The notes below the pieces were generated by a model. That model searched no databases. It had not been told where the DNA came from and worked only from the letters and a program-made list of their open reading frames with translations. 64,000 nt of DNA from the human T2T-CHM13v2.0 reference genome, Homo sapiens. Positions within the stretch are counted from its first letter, which is position 1, and every line of letters begins with the position of its first letter. The stretch lies in assembly GCF_009914755.1 (NCBI RefSeq), contig NC_060932.1, one strand, 5' to 3'. Shown here piece by piece: positions 38,936-63,650 of this stretch. Position numbers and translations under genes: made by a program.

Positions 38936-39194
38936 AATAGGACATTTGATATCAGATATTTTTTTCTCCTAGCAGGACACTCATGAGTCATCATCAAATT
39001 TTTTTTATAGAATTGTTCTCACAGGCTATTCTCTAGGTAGGGAGTTGCAAATAGTAAAGCAATTCATGCTCAGAAGATATTTCAAAATGGTAAAATCTGT
39101 TCGAGTAGGTCAAATAAAAATCAAGAAAACCATTTGCAATTATAATTGCGAAGGGATACGCTATTTATTTATAGAGTACCTTTCCCCAAAATAA

Positions 39195-39937
<743 letters not shown>

Positions 39938-40244
39938 TTAGACCCAACATTTTAAACTGGCGAAAGGATGGGCAGCAGTTAAGGCCAGATGGGGCGAGGA
40001 GTTAAATGTGTCATTTGCTCCCAAATATAGATTCTTTCAGAGGCAAAAACTCATTGATGTTTTAATCCAGGTTTGATCTGAGGTCTCCCTGTCCCTTGAG
40101 GTCTAGATAAAGTGAAATCAATACCCCATTGCCCCCCGCTTCAAGGCTTGTGGCTGATTTCTAGAAATTCCTAAGTAGTTTACATTCTCAAACTCAACTC
40201 TGGCTCCAAACTTTTGTTTCCTCAGTTTATGGATTATTTCAGTG

Positions 40245-40402
40245 TCTTTTCATCTTCTTTCTTCTTTCTTCTTCTCCTCCCCTTCCTCCTTCCCCTCCCC
40301 ATCCCCCTCTTTCTCTTTCTTCTCCTTCTCCTTCTTCTTCTTCCTTCTTCTCCTTCTTCCTTCTCCTTGTTCTTCCTCTTCTTTTTTTTTTTTTTTTTTT
40401 TT
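40245..40402 (+). repeat. CT-rich polypyrimidine low-complexity tract merging with an Alu tail
   Basis: About 155 nt of nearly pure C/T (CTT and CCT units) ending in a T run. Confidence 0.92.
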
Positions 40403-40668
40403 AAGACAGAGTCTTGTTCTGTCTCCCAGGCTGGAGGGCGGTGGCGTGATCTCGGTTCCCTGCAACCTGGCTCAAATGATCCTCCCGCCTCAGCTTCCCC
40501 AGCAGCTGGGATTACAGGTGGGAGCCACCAATGCCTGGCTGATTTTTGTGTATTTTGTAGAGACGGGGTTTCGCCATGTTGCTGTGGCTGGTCTCGAACT
40601 CCTGAGCTCACAAAAGTGATCTGTTTGCCTCGGCCTCCCAAAGTGCTGGGATTCCGCCGTGTCCAGCC
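40382..40668 (-). mobile_element. AluJ-like
   Basis: GGGCTCAAATGATCCTCCC; diverged. Confidence 0.85.
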
Positions 40669-40737
40669 TGCTTCTTCTGCTCAGTAATTCATTGACTCAG
40701 ATATCATAGTCAGGCTCTTTCCCAGTCTGTGTGCATG

Positions 40738-40766
<29 letters not shown>
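40738..40766 (+). repeat. (CA)n microsatellite, about 14 units
   Basis: Seen directly. Confidence 0.95.
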
Positions 40767-40768
<2 letters not shown>

Positions 40769-40826
40769 CCCAGGAGGCCTTTTGTGTGGTAAGTGGACTT
40801 TACCGACGATTTGAGAGACAGACATG

Positions 40827-41530
40827 TGTTACAGTAGGTAGTCAGGCAGACATGAGTAGGGCAGGAGAGGGCCCCCTACTCACCAGAAACGTCAGGCGAC
40901 CATCAGGTGTTAGTCAGGTGGTTGTTAACTGTCTCTCTAAAATAATAATTGGTCATAGCCAGTGCCAGGGAAAGGCAGTCTCCCAATAAATAGAAAACAC
41001 ATGAAACTGGTGATCAGCAGCTTCCCGGTAAGATCTTAGGAGTTAGGTGAGTGGGCTCCAGTATGCACATTAAGAGGCAAAATGGTGGAGTTTAACTGGT
41101 ATATGACCTTCTAGGAACACTCCACTGGTAAGGGAAGAACGCCTCAAGTGAGCATGTGTACAACTCCAGTAAACACACTGTGCATGCAACCCCTCCCCCA
41201 TACCGACAGGCCACTGCATGTGGGGTCAGCCCACCCCAAGGGAAGAATGGGGGGAGAAGTAATGCAACCCCGGAAGCATGCCAACATAGAAGACCTCAAG
41301 TCAAAGGTCAAACCATGCACTTGAATCTCTCAAGTCACCTGTTTGGCCCTCTTCCAAGTGTACTTTACTTCCTTTCATTCCTGCTCTAATACTTTTTAAT
41401 AAACTTTCACTCCTGTTCTAAAACTTGCATGGGTCTCTCACTCTGCCTTATGCCCCTTAGTGGAATTTTTCTTCTGAGGAGGCAAGGAATGAGGTTGCTG
41501 TAGACCCATATGGATTTGCCATTGCTAACA
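40827..41530 (+). mobile_element. MER50 ERV1 solo LTR
   Basis: TGTTACAGTAGGTAGTCAGGCAGACATGAG start, GCTAACA end; TSD CATG/CGTG; AATAAA near 41398. Confidence 0.88.
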
Positions 41531-41839
41531 CGTGAAAGTGGCAACTTCACCAAAGGAATTTTCACTCAGTCTCTCTCTACCTTACCTGGTGCCCCTCCTT
41601 CCTGTGCAAGGCCAAACACGTTCCTCTTGTTTTGTCATGCAGAACTGACCTGCCTTTTCTTTCTTTGCCACAGTCTTGGGGCAGGGCACGCCTTTCCTCA
41701 GATGGCTTATCAAGGTATTACCCCAGGCACTGTTCCCTTCCTAAGAAGAGTTCTTGTGCCAGCTGTTAACATAATAAGAATTTCAACCCTGTAAAATTTA
41801 TTTTTAAACTCCAGTGTTTTCTGCCCAGAGAAAACTAGT

Positions 41840-42730
41840 ATTTCTTTTATTTGACAAATATTTTTTGGTGTGTTTATTTTATGTCAGACATTATTGCTGG
41901 AGCTGAGAACACAGTGGGGAATTAGATGCAATCTTGGCCCTCATGGAGTTTCTGTCTCTTGGAGGAGAAATGTTTAAACAAATAATGATGCAAATTATTT
42001 ATTTATTTGTTTGTTTGTTTGTTTAGAGACAGAGTCTTGCTTTGTGGCCCAGGCTGGAGTGCAGTGGTGTGATGTCGGCTTACTGCAACCTCCCCCTCCC
42101 AGGTTCAAGCTATTCTCATGCCTCAGCCCCTGAGTAGCTGGGACCACAGGGGTGCACCACCACACCTGGCTAATTTTTGTATATTTGGTAGAGTCAGGGT
42201 TTTGCCACGTTGGCCATGCTGGTTCCAAACTCCTGGCCTTAAGTGATCCTCCCACCTCGGCCTCCCAAAATGCTGGGATTACAGGCGTGAGCCACTGTGC
42301 TCAGAGGCAAATAATTTATTTACAAGTGTGGTACATGCTACAAAGGAAAATTTCTGAATACTATCTGGAAGGGTGTGGAGGGTGGCAGGGTGGGTGGTCA
42401 GGGAAGGTCTTGCCAAAGAAGGGGCTCCTGAGTGGAGGAAGGGATGGTGAGGAGCTTGCTAAAGAGGAACATTCCTTTCCAATGGAAAGGTATGTTCAAA
42501 AGCCCTGAGACAGAAAAAATGTTGCTGGTTTGTCTGACCACAGAAAGAGGCAAGTGGGGTTTCAGCAAGTAAGTGAAAGAAAGAGGGGTGAGAGGTTCTT
42601 GGTGTGGAGCCAGGACCCTTTTTAGGTAGAGTCTTATAGGCCATGGTGAGGAGTTAGGGCACCAATAGGGAAGTGACTTACTTGATTTATGTTTTAAAAG
42701 ATTATTGTAGGTGCAGAATAGAGAATAGAT
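41840..42730 (-). mobile_element. L2 relic with an AluS at 41995-42305
   Basis: GCCCTCATGGAGTTT, GTCAGGGAAGG, TAGGCCATGGTGAGGAG; Alu TSD CAAAT(T/A)ATTTATTTA. Confidence 0.7.
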
Positions 42731-42856
42731 TGCTTACACATTCCAGTGTTGTATAATAAACAACTTAAACATCTACAGATGCAGAATTGGTTAAGTAAAT
42801 TATGCTATATTTTCATGCAATGAAATTACCACGAAGCCATTAAAAATGGTGAGATG

Positions 42857-43153
<297 letters not shown>

Positions 43154-43171
43154 TCAGATGTCCACATTATA

Positions 43172-44311
<1,140 letters not shown>

Positions 44312-45164
44312 AGTAATTTGAGGGAGAGGAGTGAGAGTCAAGTTACAACATAATGTCTGTGTTGTTCTTTTCAAAAAAGGCTTAAAGTATATAAACTAAA
44401 ATGTTTATATTGTCTATCTCTGGGTGGTAGCAATATAGACTTTTTTCCTCCTTTTTTGCTTACTGACTTTTTTTTAGTTTTTCTAGTTGAATAATAAAAA
44501 AGGCATGTAAAAATAAGTTCACCAGACATAAGATTGGAATATGGGCTGACTGAGAAAACATTTAAATACAGAAATGTGGCATTTCATTTACCAAGAGTTA
44601 TACCTATTGCTTACTTCAAAACATGAATACTTTGCAGCACATTTCAAATGTTATTCCACAAAATTTGTAATGAAAAACCAAAAGTGTGATCACTTAAATA
44701 GTATTCCTTAAAACAAAGTTCACAGTATTTCTCTTTTCCCTGAATGTATCAATATCTTTAATCAAACATTTTCTCAGACTCAGTGTGAGATTCTCTCCCT
44801 CTTGAGTGCCCACTTGGGGAGTACTTCTGACTGTGTTACCTTGCCTCACTTTATTGAATTAGGATTGGAAAATTCATTTTCTGATCATTTCACTTAAAAG
44901 TTCCAATGAAAACAACTTGAAGAATGGGAACTAAGATTCAGTGGAATATATGTGAGCTCCAGATATCTTTTTATGGTCATTGTTCCTCTATTTGTACTCT
45001 GAAAGCATTGCACAATTCTAGACTTACAGTTAGTTCAAGGCTTTCACCATTGGGTGAAGCGTTAAGTCCCTCAAATATTAGCTTTTCAATAACAATAGCA
45101 TATATGATCAAATGCCGATGGACCAGTATTTGTGATTTTCTGACTGTAGCAGTGCGGGTTTTAA

Positions 45165-45522
<358 letters not shown>

Positions 45523-45810
45523 TCCTTTTTTAATTTAAAGGAATCCTTTGAATTTTAAATTTCATGTCATGTTTTACGACAGTAGATTGCTGTAAATGTA
45601 ATCAGTCTTTTTACTTGTATGCTTGCAAAAACTGAAGATTTTTTTCCCTTATTACTGTCTTTTTTTCGAAATGATTTTCTGTCACTATTGTATAAAATAG
45701 CTTAGATTTCCTAGGTCCTCTGATGATCCATGTTCAAAATAATTTTAAATAAACTGTGTAGAAAATATATACCTTACTAATTATGCTAAAGGAAAAGTGT
45801 GAATAAAAAG

Positions 45811-47117
<1,307 letters not shown>

Positions 47118-47750
47118 AGTTAATCCTAACGATGAATTCTGATTTTAGTAGAGGATGTATTAAACATAGCAATAAAGTTTTATTACACTACATTTTATTT
47201 TAAATAACCACATTTAACAAAAATACATTTCTAGACTGCATAGCCACAGAAACACTATATCTTCTGTTCATCTCTGACCCTGACAGTAACACTAGCATTT
47301 ATGTAACATTCTATTGTTTCCAAAGATGTCCTAAAATCTTAGGTGGTAGATGTGTAAAAATAAAAAGCAAGTGGTTATGTATCATGTTTTGAAAGCTTAA
47401 CTTTTCAGCAAACACAGCTAGTTTTAATGACCATGTGACATAGACTCACAACCCTTGTACTGTAATTGTTAATGGCCAAAATAAACAACTTAGCAGATTT
47501 TTAGTCCAATCAACAAGCAGGCATGGAACACCTGATATTTGTAGGCACCAGCACAGAAGTTCAGGTATACAAATATGATTAAAGTTAACTGCCAATTTCC
47601 AGAGGCTTATTCTTTAATAGAAGTATAGTTATGGAAGTAAAAAGGAGAGAACAATGAATTTTGATAAGAAAGATCAAGGAAAGCTTTAAAAAGAAGTGGC
47701 ATTTGATCTAAGTCCTATCAAGAAGAATCTTTTTAAAAAAGAAATTACCA

Positions 47751-48060
<310 letters not shown>

Positions 48061-48983
48061 TCAAAGATATCTGCTTAGGAAGTTGTGTTTTCATTCCACT
48101 GATGGGGCTGATGTGCAAAATATTTTAGAAATGACGTCTAGATCCTATTTTGCCTCACAGGATAATCAACCCCATTTCACTGCAGTCACACTTTGCTTTT
48201 TTAGTAGACTGCTCTCCAGTCAATTCTACCAGAAAGCATTTCTCCTTTCAGAGGAGTAGGGCTTGGAGGATGCCCAGACACTCCGGCCTCACCCCCATTT
48301 CTTTGTAGTCTGTGGAGAGATGGAGAAAGGAACAATGTTTCTGGGAATTTGCAGATCTCTGTCTAAGGGAGCTTTTTTGTCTGCCACTGAGCCTAAATGA
48401 CCTGTAGAAGTGCAGAAACCATTATTGGTTTGAAGACAGCAGGCCTGTCTTAAGTGGAAATATTTTGTTCTGTAACAAATAAGTAGAGATTTCAGCCATT
48501 TCCACTAAATGGAAGTAAGGGATTTGGTTTTGTTTCGTATATAATTAAAACAACTCAGTCTTCCCAGATTGGCACTTGTGGAAATTGGGAAACTGGGATC
48601 AGAACGTAAGCCACTCACCCTTGATGTTAGATGCTTTGTATCTCATCATGCCACCAGGGATAGGAAAGCATTCTTTTTTTTTTTTTTTCCTATTCATGGA
48701 TAGTACTCCTTACAGAATCAATCAAAAGTAAAGAGCATGTCTAAAATAATTTGGAAGTATACTTCAATTTTATCTAATGTCCAGTTCAAAGAGAGAAGAC
48801 AAAAAGAGAAGAAATCAGAAAGGTGGAAGAGAGAAGAATAGATAAACCAGGGGGTAAAGAAAGTAGAAAGGGTGAGTTAAGAAGTGGAAGAGGACAGAAG
48901 AGAGAGAAGCAATACACAGTGGAAGAAACACAGGTTCACATCTAGAATGCTGCACTCTTATCACTCCTTTTAAAAGTGTTAAG

Positions 48984-49495
<512 letters not shown>

Positions 49496-49885
49496 ATATT
49501 AAATAACATATTAAATACATGTTTATGTATAAGTATAAATTCAATATAATATCTATACATATATTTACATATGTAAACTAATTACTATAGATCAATCAGT
49601 AGGGAGATATATATAGATAGATATATAAGACATGATTCTTAGCCTTCAGAAGTTCAAAATCTAGGAGGGGAGATAAAAGTGAAAACATATAATTACAAAG
49701 CAATAGAAATAATTGCCATAATGGATATGTGAACTGAAGCAAAGAGGAGAAACTAACTTTGCCCAGAAGAGAATAAAAGGAATTCACTTATATTAGGAGT
49801 TATTATTACTCTATTTTATAAATTAGAATTTTCACATTCCAACGTAAGAGGGAGACATCTATATAAGGTTTTAAAAATTTATCTT

Positions 49886-50171
<286 letters not shown>

Positions 50172-51403
50172 TTATATATGTATATATACACATATACACA
50201 CTTTAAAAAATTTATCTCATTAAGCAAATAGGCCTGCAATAGCATTGACAGTGTGATACAAGAATTTGCAACATGGAATAACAGTTGCATAATGTACCAA
50301 GGAAGTGCTGAAACTACCCTATTAATTAAGCCAGTCTTTAATTTAATTGTATGATAGCGTGTGTAAACAGACTACTGTGAATAAATGATATACTAGACAT
50401 ATGTATCATTTTATTCGTTCATGCATTTGGAAATTTTCATGCACACCATATTGTGTAGGTACCAATGAGGAAACAGATTATTAAAGCATCATTCCTGCCT
50501 CAAGGATATCATAACCATGTAAGGGAAGTAAAATATGCTAAAGTGACTCAGTGTCCTGAGAGCTATATAACTAAAATATGAAAGAGTTTAGAGAAAATGC
50601 TTAGCCTCAGTATGAGGGATGACTTTTTAGGAGAACATGAATTTGAACTGGGTCATCAGGAATGGGTAGGTTTATTGCGGGTGGCTATCATGGAGACAGG
50701 GTAAATGTTCCAAATAAAAGAATCCTTTGAATCATATGAGCATAGCAACAGCAAATATTCTAACTTGGTTTGAGTACAAGGAACATAAAGCAGAGTTGTG
50801 GGAGATCATTTTTGAAGGATTAATTAGCAGTAGGTTATAGGTGGCCCGAACCCTAGAAAAAAAACCCAAACAATTCTACCAACATTTATTGAGGGCTTAT
50901 AATAGCCCAGGAGTTGAGAATTCACAGATGAATAAAATGAAGCCTTTGCCCTTGGCAACTCAGATATACTCTTCCTGATGTCTTAGAGATAAGTGTAGAA
51001 CAATGATTACAAAATCTGAGGGTACGTGCTATAATGAAGATATGTACAAAGGACTGTGGGAGCAATTACCTCTCGCTGGAAGAGTTAGAAAAGACATCAG
51101 AGGAAATGCTATTGCAATTGGGTCTTGATAAATAAGTGCAGAAAAAAAAGGACATAATGTTTCTTCTGCATACAAAGTCCCAGAGACATGGAAGAGCTGG
51201 CTTAATCAAAGAACAATCTGTGATCCAATGTGACTCAAGGGGGAAAGTATTGGGAATTAAGGCTGTAAAGAGAGGTCGGGGTCAAAATGAGAAGGGCCTC
51301 ATGCATTGTGCTAAGGAATGTTGTGTTGGACTTAAGTCTTTTCAGCTTGTGATTTTCAATATTTTAAATGCTAGAATTTTTGGCAGGATAGTGGAAAGGA
51401 TTA

Positions 51404-51610
<207 letters not shown>

Positions 51611-51940
51611 TTACAGCACAAACCATAGTATAGTGTAGCTATGGTCTCACAGTGTCTATAAAAGCATCCATAGTTACTGTACTATTCACTTGGTTGACCT
51701 TCAGCACTATGTTTCTTTTGGAGCAGAGCTGTTTATTCCCAGACAGTGTGCACTTTTGAATACTTGGAGGCGATGTTCTCACAAGTTCCAGTAAGCACCA
51801 GATCATTCCCTTGGCATAAACTTGATGTTACTCTAAGCCTCTTTCCTCTTACTTATAGCAAGTTGTACTCTGTTTAATACTCCACAAGTTTCTCAGATCA
51901 TCGTTGTTTGACAGAAATTGCTCTTAAAAGTTTGAATGAT

Positions 51941-52227
<287 letters not shown>

Positions 52228-52880
52228 ACTTTGAATGCATTCTACCTATTGATCAAAAGGTGGTAGGATGTTTGCAAAGTATGCAAGGTATGACACAAGG
52301 TAAGACACAAAGTGCTATGTCTTACCAGATGAAAACCATTGCTGTAAGCAAGAGTCCTGAAAGATGTTTTAATGGGTGGATCCTAAAACCAAAGCGATGA
52401 TATGAGCAGATTAATCAAAATGCCATGTGCAAAATGGGTTGAAGAATGGAGATGCTGGGAGCTGATGTGGCCATTTAAAGCCAGAATGAGGACCAGAACT
52501 AGGGTTTCAGTAGAAAGGGAGATTAGGGGCCACTTTGTTAAGGAAATATGGGATTTGGCAATTGATCATATGGGGAAGGGGTGTCATGAAAAGGAGTGAA
52601 AGATGGATCTGACATTTTATGCCTGGTTGAATGGAAGAATACTGGTGCCATTACAAGAAACAGGATAATCAGGAATAACAGCTATTTGGGATTATATGAG
52701 AAATGTGGCTCAGGGTAATTGAGTTTTAAATGGTAGCTATAAATTAGCCAAGATTAATGACATCTTTTAGAATATTCTTACGGTTCTAATAAAATGCTGG
52801 GGAAAGAGGATATTGCCCAATATAGCAGTTGGGTGTATTTTGACTTTTTGTTTATAGTGTTCCATATATAATTGCCTTTA

Positions 52881-53181
<301 letters not shown>

Positions 53182-53902
53182 TATAATTGCCTTTAAATGC
53201 AATTTTTTTTTTTGAAAAACTGATTTACTTACCATTTTTGTGGAATCCATTAATATAAGAACATTCCCAACAGATATAGGCCTTAAGAAGAAGGAGTATT
53301 CTGGGGGCTACACTTCTGGGAACTGAGATGTTGCTGATAGGTTACTGGCTCTAAACTACTTGCCAGTCCAGGGATTCCAGTAAGCTCATTTCTCTGGAGA
53401 AACATGTCTGTAGGCTGTTTCTGCGGGCCCCACCTTTCCACCCTGGGGTTGGGGCATGTGCAGATCCCTGCAGTACAAAACGCAGAAAAGTACTAGCCTC
53501 TAGCAGGTTGTAGGCAACGTTTAAGTAGAGTTGTAACTAGGCGACTCTAATTTTGAGCTCTATTATTTCTCTTACTACAAATGAGGAAGTGAAAAACAAC
53601 TTTTACTTGTTAGTTACTTCCCCAGTTTGAAAAAACGGAAACAAAACCACCAGAGTAACCCAAACCCACAATTTAGTGCACCCAAGCACAAATTTGAGTG
53701 ATTGGGTCAAAAAGGCTTTTCTCATGATTTGTAAACCAGAACCAGGAGCTCCAGATTTCCTTGGGGTGCCCCTGATGATGTCTTTGTCAGTGGTGCTCAT
53801 CTTATTACCCAGGTACCCAAAATGGTACAGGAGATGGTTTCATTGGCATTCATATTACTAGATCAGTTTGCAACACAGAACATATAGAAACACACGTCCT
53901 TC

Positions 53903-54222
53903 AGCCAGGTGCGGTGGCTCATGCCTGTAATTCCAGCGTTTTGGAAGCCTGAGGCGGGAGGGTTGCTTGAGGTCAGGAGTTTGAGACTAGCCTGGGAAAC
54001 ATAGCAAGATCTTGCCTCTAAAAAAACAGATAATAAAAAGAAAAAAAAAATAGCTGGGCATGGTAGCATTAGCCTGTCGTCCTAGCTAGTAGGAAGGCTG
54101 AGGTGGGAGGATCACCTGAGCCCAGGAAGTCAACGCTTCAGTGAACTATGATTGCACCACTGCACTGCAGTCTGAGTGACAGAGTGAGACCCTGTCTCTA
54201 AAAACAAAAGCAACAACAAAAA
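53903..54222 (+). mobile_element. AluJ
   Basis: GGATCACCTGAGCCCAGG right arm; diverged. Confidence 0.88.
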
Positions 54223-56239
54223 TCCACATCCTTGGTAGTCTGGAACCTTAGTTGCATTCCCTGCAGGAGCTGCCAGTGGGAATCTACAGGGTGAGAGGAG
54301 TTTGGAGTCTGAGATAAAGGACTCTCCCTCGCAGGAGAGGGAAGGCAAATGGGGGAGAAGGGGTGTTGAGACTAGCAAATTTTCTTTCCTTTTCCCAAGC
54401 TGTTTTGTTTTCCACAGCGTTTCCCCCTACTTCATCCACTACTGAACCCAGAGTTCTCCAAATGAACTATTTAATTATCAAAGAATAATGGTGAAACACA
54501 ATTTCACTTTTCCCAGCCCCTGATCGATAATGAAGGTGTTGCTGAAGAGAGAAATAGCTGGCACATGGAACTTTAAAGTAGAAGGCACTGTGGTTTTCTG
54601 GCTTTGCAGTGAAAAGGCGGGTGAGGGCCATTGGTGTGCATTGGCAATGGCTGAAGTAAGGACTGGGTCTTGATCATTTCTGCTTTTCCCCCTCTTCTGT
54701 GTCAGTTGTATTCATAGAAGTATTGAATGCCTGGGTAAAGCTAGTGGGAATTATCTAACCTCCTCTTAGAGCCCCAAGATACAGCCTAAGCATTCTGACT
54801 TGAGCCACAATAAGGGCAGTTCGGCACAGCTGACAAAACTATGAGGCTATGTAGAATCCTTTTCTCTGAATGTTAGGAGACTCATCTCTCCTCTACCCAT
54901 GTTGCTTTGATTAATGATGTTTCCATAGGGTCAGTTTTGCACCTTCAAATGTAGGATAAAATTAAGGAAAGTAGATTAAGATTGAATGAAATGTGCAGTG
55001 TTCTCTCAAGCCATTCCAAATATTGGAAGGTTTTGGCAAAACAGCTAACTGGCTTTTTAACTTTCTGCACAGATCAAACCCTGGAGCCAGGATGTGCAGT
55101 CTATGGCACTGCTTGGAGCATAAGCCTCAGTTACCATAACCTTGGTGTGTCCTTGCAGGTAACTGTGCCAGCAGGGATGGAGAGGCTGGATCAGCCTCCT
55201 CCATTTAGCCAGGGTCCATTTTCAGCAGTAACTCAGTCCCTCCCATAAGATATCTGAAAAACAAAATACACATTTCATCAATATAAATCTGATTTCAATT
55301 ATCAGAGGCTTGGAGTTCAGTTCTTAATTTAAATACAGCTGTTTTACTAATTTTGAATTGAGTAAAATGTTATTCCTTCTTTCCCTACCACTTGGGCAAG
55401 AGGAAGTATGAGTTTTTTGTATAGCTCATTAGTGGGGTAACTCTGGCTTCCATCTTTTAAGCCAAACTGTTGCCCTTGGCTAGAGAGATGTTTGTTATTT
55501 TATAATATCCTCATTTCTGGGGTTTTCTAACAGCTGCTTCTGTTTGTTATTTTGCATTTTCCCAATTTCTCTTCACAATCTCATAACCAAGTGAGATTCT
55601 ATTTATTCTTTTTTTTCAGCTTATTAATATACTGCCATGCCTCCTGGCTGCAAAAATATGATAAAATCACTGGGAAAAGAATTCAATAATTAATAAGAGT
55701 TTTTCTCCCTCAGTTTACAACATTCAGAAAAAAAATCTCATTAAAAAATCTCAGAATGTAGATATAACCTTCAACTCTTAAGGACAGGAAACATAGCGTT
55801 CTCTGGACTACAGAAAGAATGCTTTAAAAATGGGTTTTTTTCACAAGTCTAGGAATTGTTAAGAGGATCAGGCCAGCCAAATTTAATTGACATGAAGAGA
55901 GACTGTAAGAGCCTAATACTGTCACTTTTAGATTCTCCAAGGTCTTCAGAGCATTAGTCATTTTTGGATCTCTTCTGACAATAAAAGGGTATTCTCATCT
56001 TGTCTGTTCCATTTAAATGGGTTGAGTTTTAATTAGGGACAAATGACGCAGCTAACAGAGCAGAGACCTTTATTGAACTGGAAATATTTTCTTTATTTCT
56101 TTGACAAACATTTTTCCATACATCTCTTGTGGGCCATATCTTATGCCCTATTATAATAACATAACTTACTTTATTTGAGCAAATATTGTGGGATCACAGA
56201 TAGAAAAGGCCACAAACCCTGTATGGAGAGATAGAGAAC

Positions 56240-57120
<881 letters not shown>

Positions 57121-57535
57121 CTGAAAAACAGCCCTGGTAAAGAGCAGTCAGGGCCTTGTTTTCTTGGCATACCTGGCAAGAACCTGCAGGGATGGATGCT
57201 CAAAGCTCACAAGGGATTGCTTCTTCCAGCAAACACAACACTGAGAAGACACATAGGATGGGATGAATAGATACTTGATGAGAGCAAGGAGGACTCATTC
57301 CAGTCAGAGGAAATAGGATTTGCAAAGGCCCTGAGGCATGAAGGACACTGAGCTGTCTCAGGGAACAATGGACTGTCTGGCATGATTGGGATGATAATCA
57401 TAAGGTTAAAGAAGGAGGCTGGCAACCATTCATCAAGGGCTTTGCATGCCATTGAGATTATGGTGTATGGCTTTTTGTTTTATTTTGACCCAACAAATTT
57501 CAGAACATTTTAAGCAGAGGAATGACATGATTGAA

Positions 57536-57856
57536 TTTTATTTTATTTTTATCATTTTTATTTATCTTTTTGAGACGGAGTTTTGTTCTTGTTGCCCAGG
57601 CTGGAGGGCCAGTGGTGTGATCTCAGCTCACTGCAACCTCTGCCTCCTGGGTTCAAGGGATTCTCCTGCCTCAGCCTCACGAGTAGCTGGATTACAGGTG
57701 CCCACCACCAAGCCTAGCTAATTTTTGTATTTTTAGGAGAGAGGGGGGTTTCATCGTGTTGGCCAGGCTGCTCTTGAACTCCTGGCCTCAAATGATCTGC
57801 CTGCTTCGGCCTCCCAAAGTGCTTGGATTATAGGTGTGAGCCACCGTGCCCGGCCT
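57536..57856 (-). mobile_element. AluSq-like within an L2 relic (about 57240-57900)
   Basis: TSD TGAATTTTATTT. Confidence 0.88.
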
Positions 57857-58543
57857 GAATTTTATTTGCTATTATCTGGTGATATAGTGTAGAGAAGAGA
57901 CTGGATAATAGCTAATCAGAGATAAGCTCTATGGGCCTTTCACCGAGTGTCCTTGGAACACCTTGCTTTTTAAGTGTTTTTTAAACCCTTTGCATTTTTT
58001 TTCTATTTTTCTAAGACTTCACTACCTTATCCTACCCTGTGTCTCATTTTCACCTTCAAGGACCTCACACACTCACCTTCATGTCTGGCAGCCCTCTCCC
58101 TTCAACCCACATTGAATATGCTGATATGAACTGATATAGAGTAGGAATATTTCTATTTAATTTACTGAATTTCTCAGTATTTTTAGAGTTGTAAACATGT
58201 TATTTTCTGAGAATTTATCTACTTTTTTTTTTCCTTATGCCAATATTCTAGTAAGAATTTTTACTTGGCATAATATAATTTATAAATTCAAGTCTAAGAG
58301 GTAAATTTTAACATTCAATTTATTAAAATAAACACACACACACTCTATTCCAAATAGTATTTGTTTATTCTAAAAAGGAATTGTATGAAGACAAGTATGA
58401 GTATGATATTTTAAGAGATTAAAAGATAGAAATTGACTACATTGAACATAACAAAGTCAAAATACAAAATATTTATTTTCTTTATGATTTCAAGACCCTT
58501 CCAAATTTTGCAATGTATCGGGGACAGAAGCGATGATTTTTAA

Positions 58544-59930
<1,387 letters not shown>

Positions 59931-59989
59931 CCTCCTACTACTTAAATTAGTGCTTTTTTTTCTTTCTACAGCGTTACTTGATTTGGGGT

Positions 59990-61990
<2,001 letters not shown>

Positions 61991-61999
61991 AAGCATATC

Positions 62000-62330
62000 T
62001 AGCTAATTAATCCATTCATCAAATATACACTGAATATTTACTCTGTTGTTGGCACATTGTTCAATGCTGAAGATTCAGCACAAACAAGTTAGGCATCCTT
62101 CCCGTTCTCATGGAGGGCGTTGAAGCAGGTAATAAAGGCATTAAGCAAATTACAAGAGAGATGAGTGTTACAAAGAAGTGGGTGAGAGAAGGCCTTCTTA
62201 AGAATGAGACCTGAAGAATGGGAAGTAGTTATCCTGGAGAAGAGGGTGGAGAAAATTTTCCAGGCATACAAACCCACTCCAAGATAAGGGTGAATGTGGT
62301 GCTTTGGGGGATCGTGAGAAAACCATATGG
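62000..62330 (-). mobile_element. L2 3' relic
   Basis: CATTCATCAAATATACACTGAATATTTACTCTG; TGAGACCTGAAGAATG. Confidence 0.6.
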
Positions 62331-62392
62331 CTCTTGCAGAAAGAGTTGGAGGAAAATAGCTGAGGTAGGTACTTTACCTTCAAGGAAAGACT

Positions 62393-62883
<491 letters not shown>

Positions 62884-62935
62884 CTTTTTAAAGAATTTTA
62901 AGCGTTAATATATTTAATAGTATACTAAAATTTAA

Positions 62936-63647
<712 letters not shown>

Positions 63648-63650
<3 letters not shown>

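Noticed and set aside
40214-40687. Poly-Lys/Arg/Glu and poly-Leu/Phe ORFs
   Set aside because: Translation of a CT-rich tract plus an Alu.
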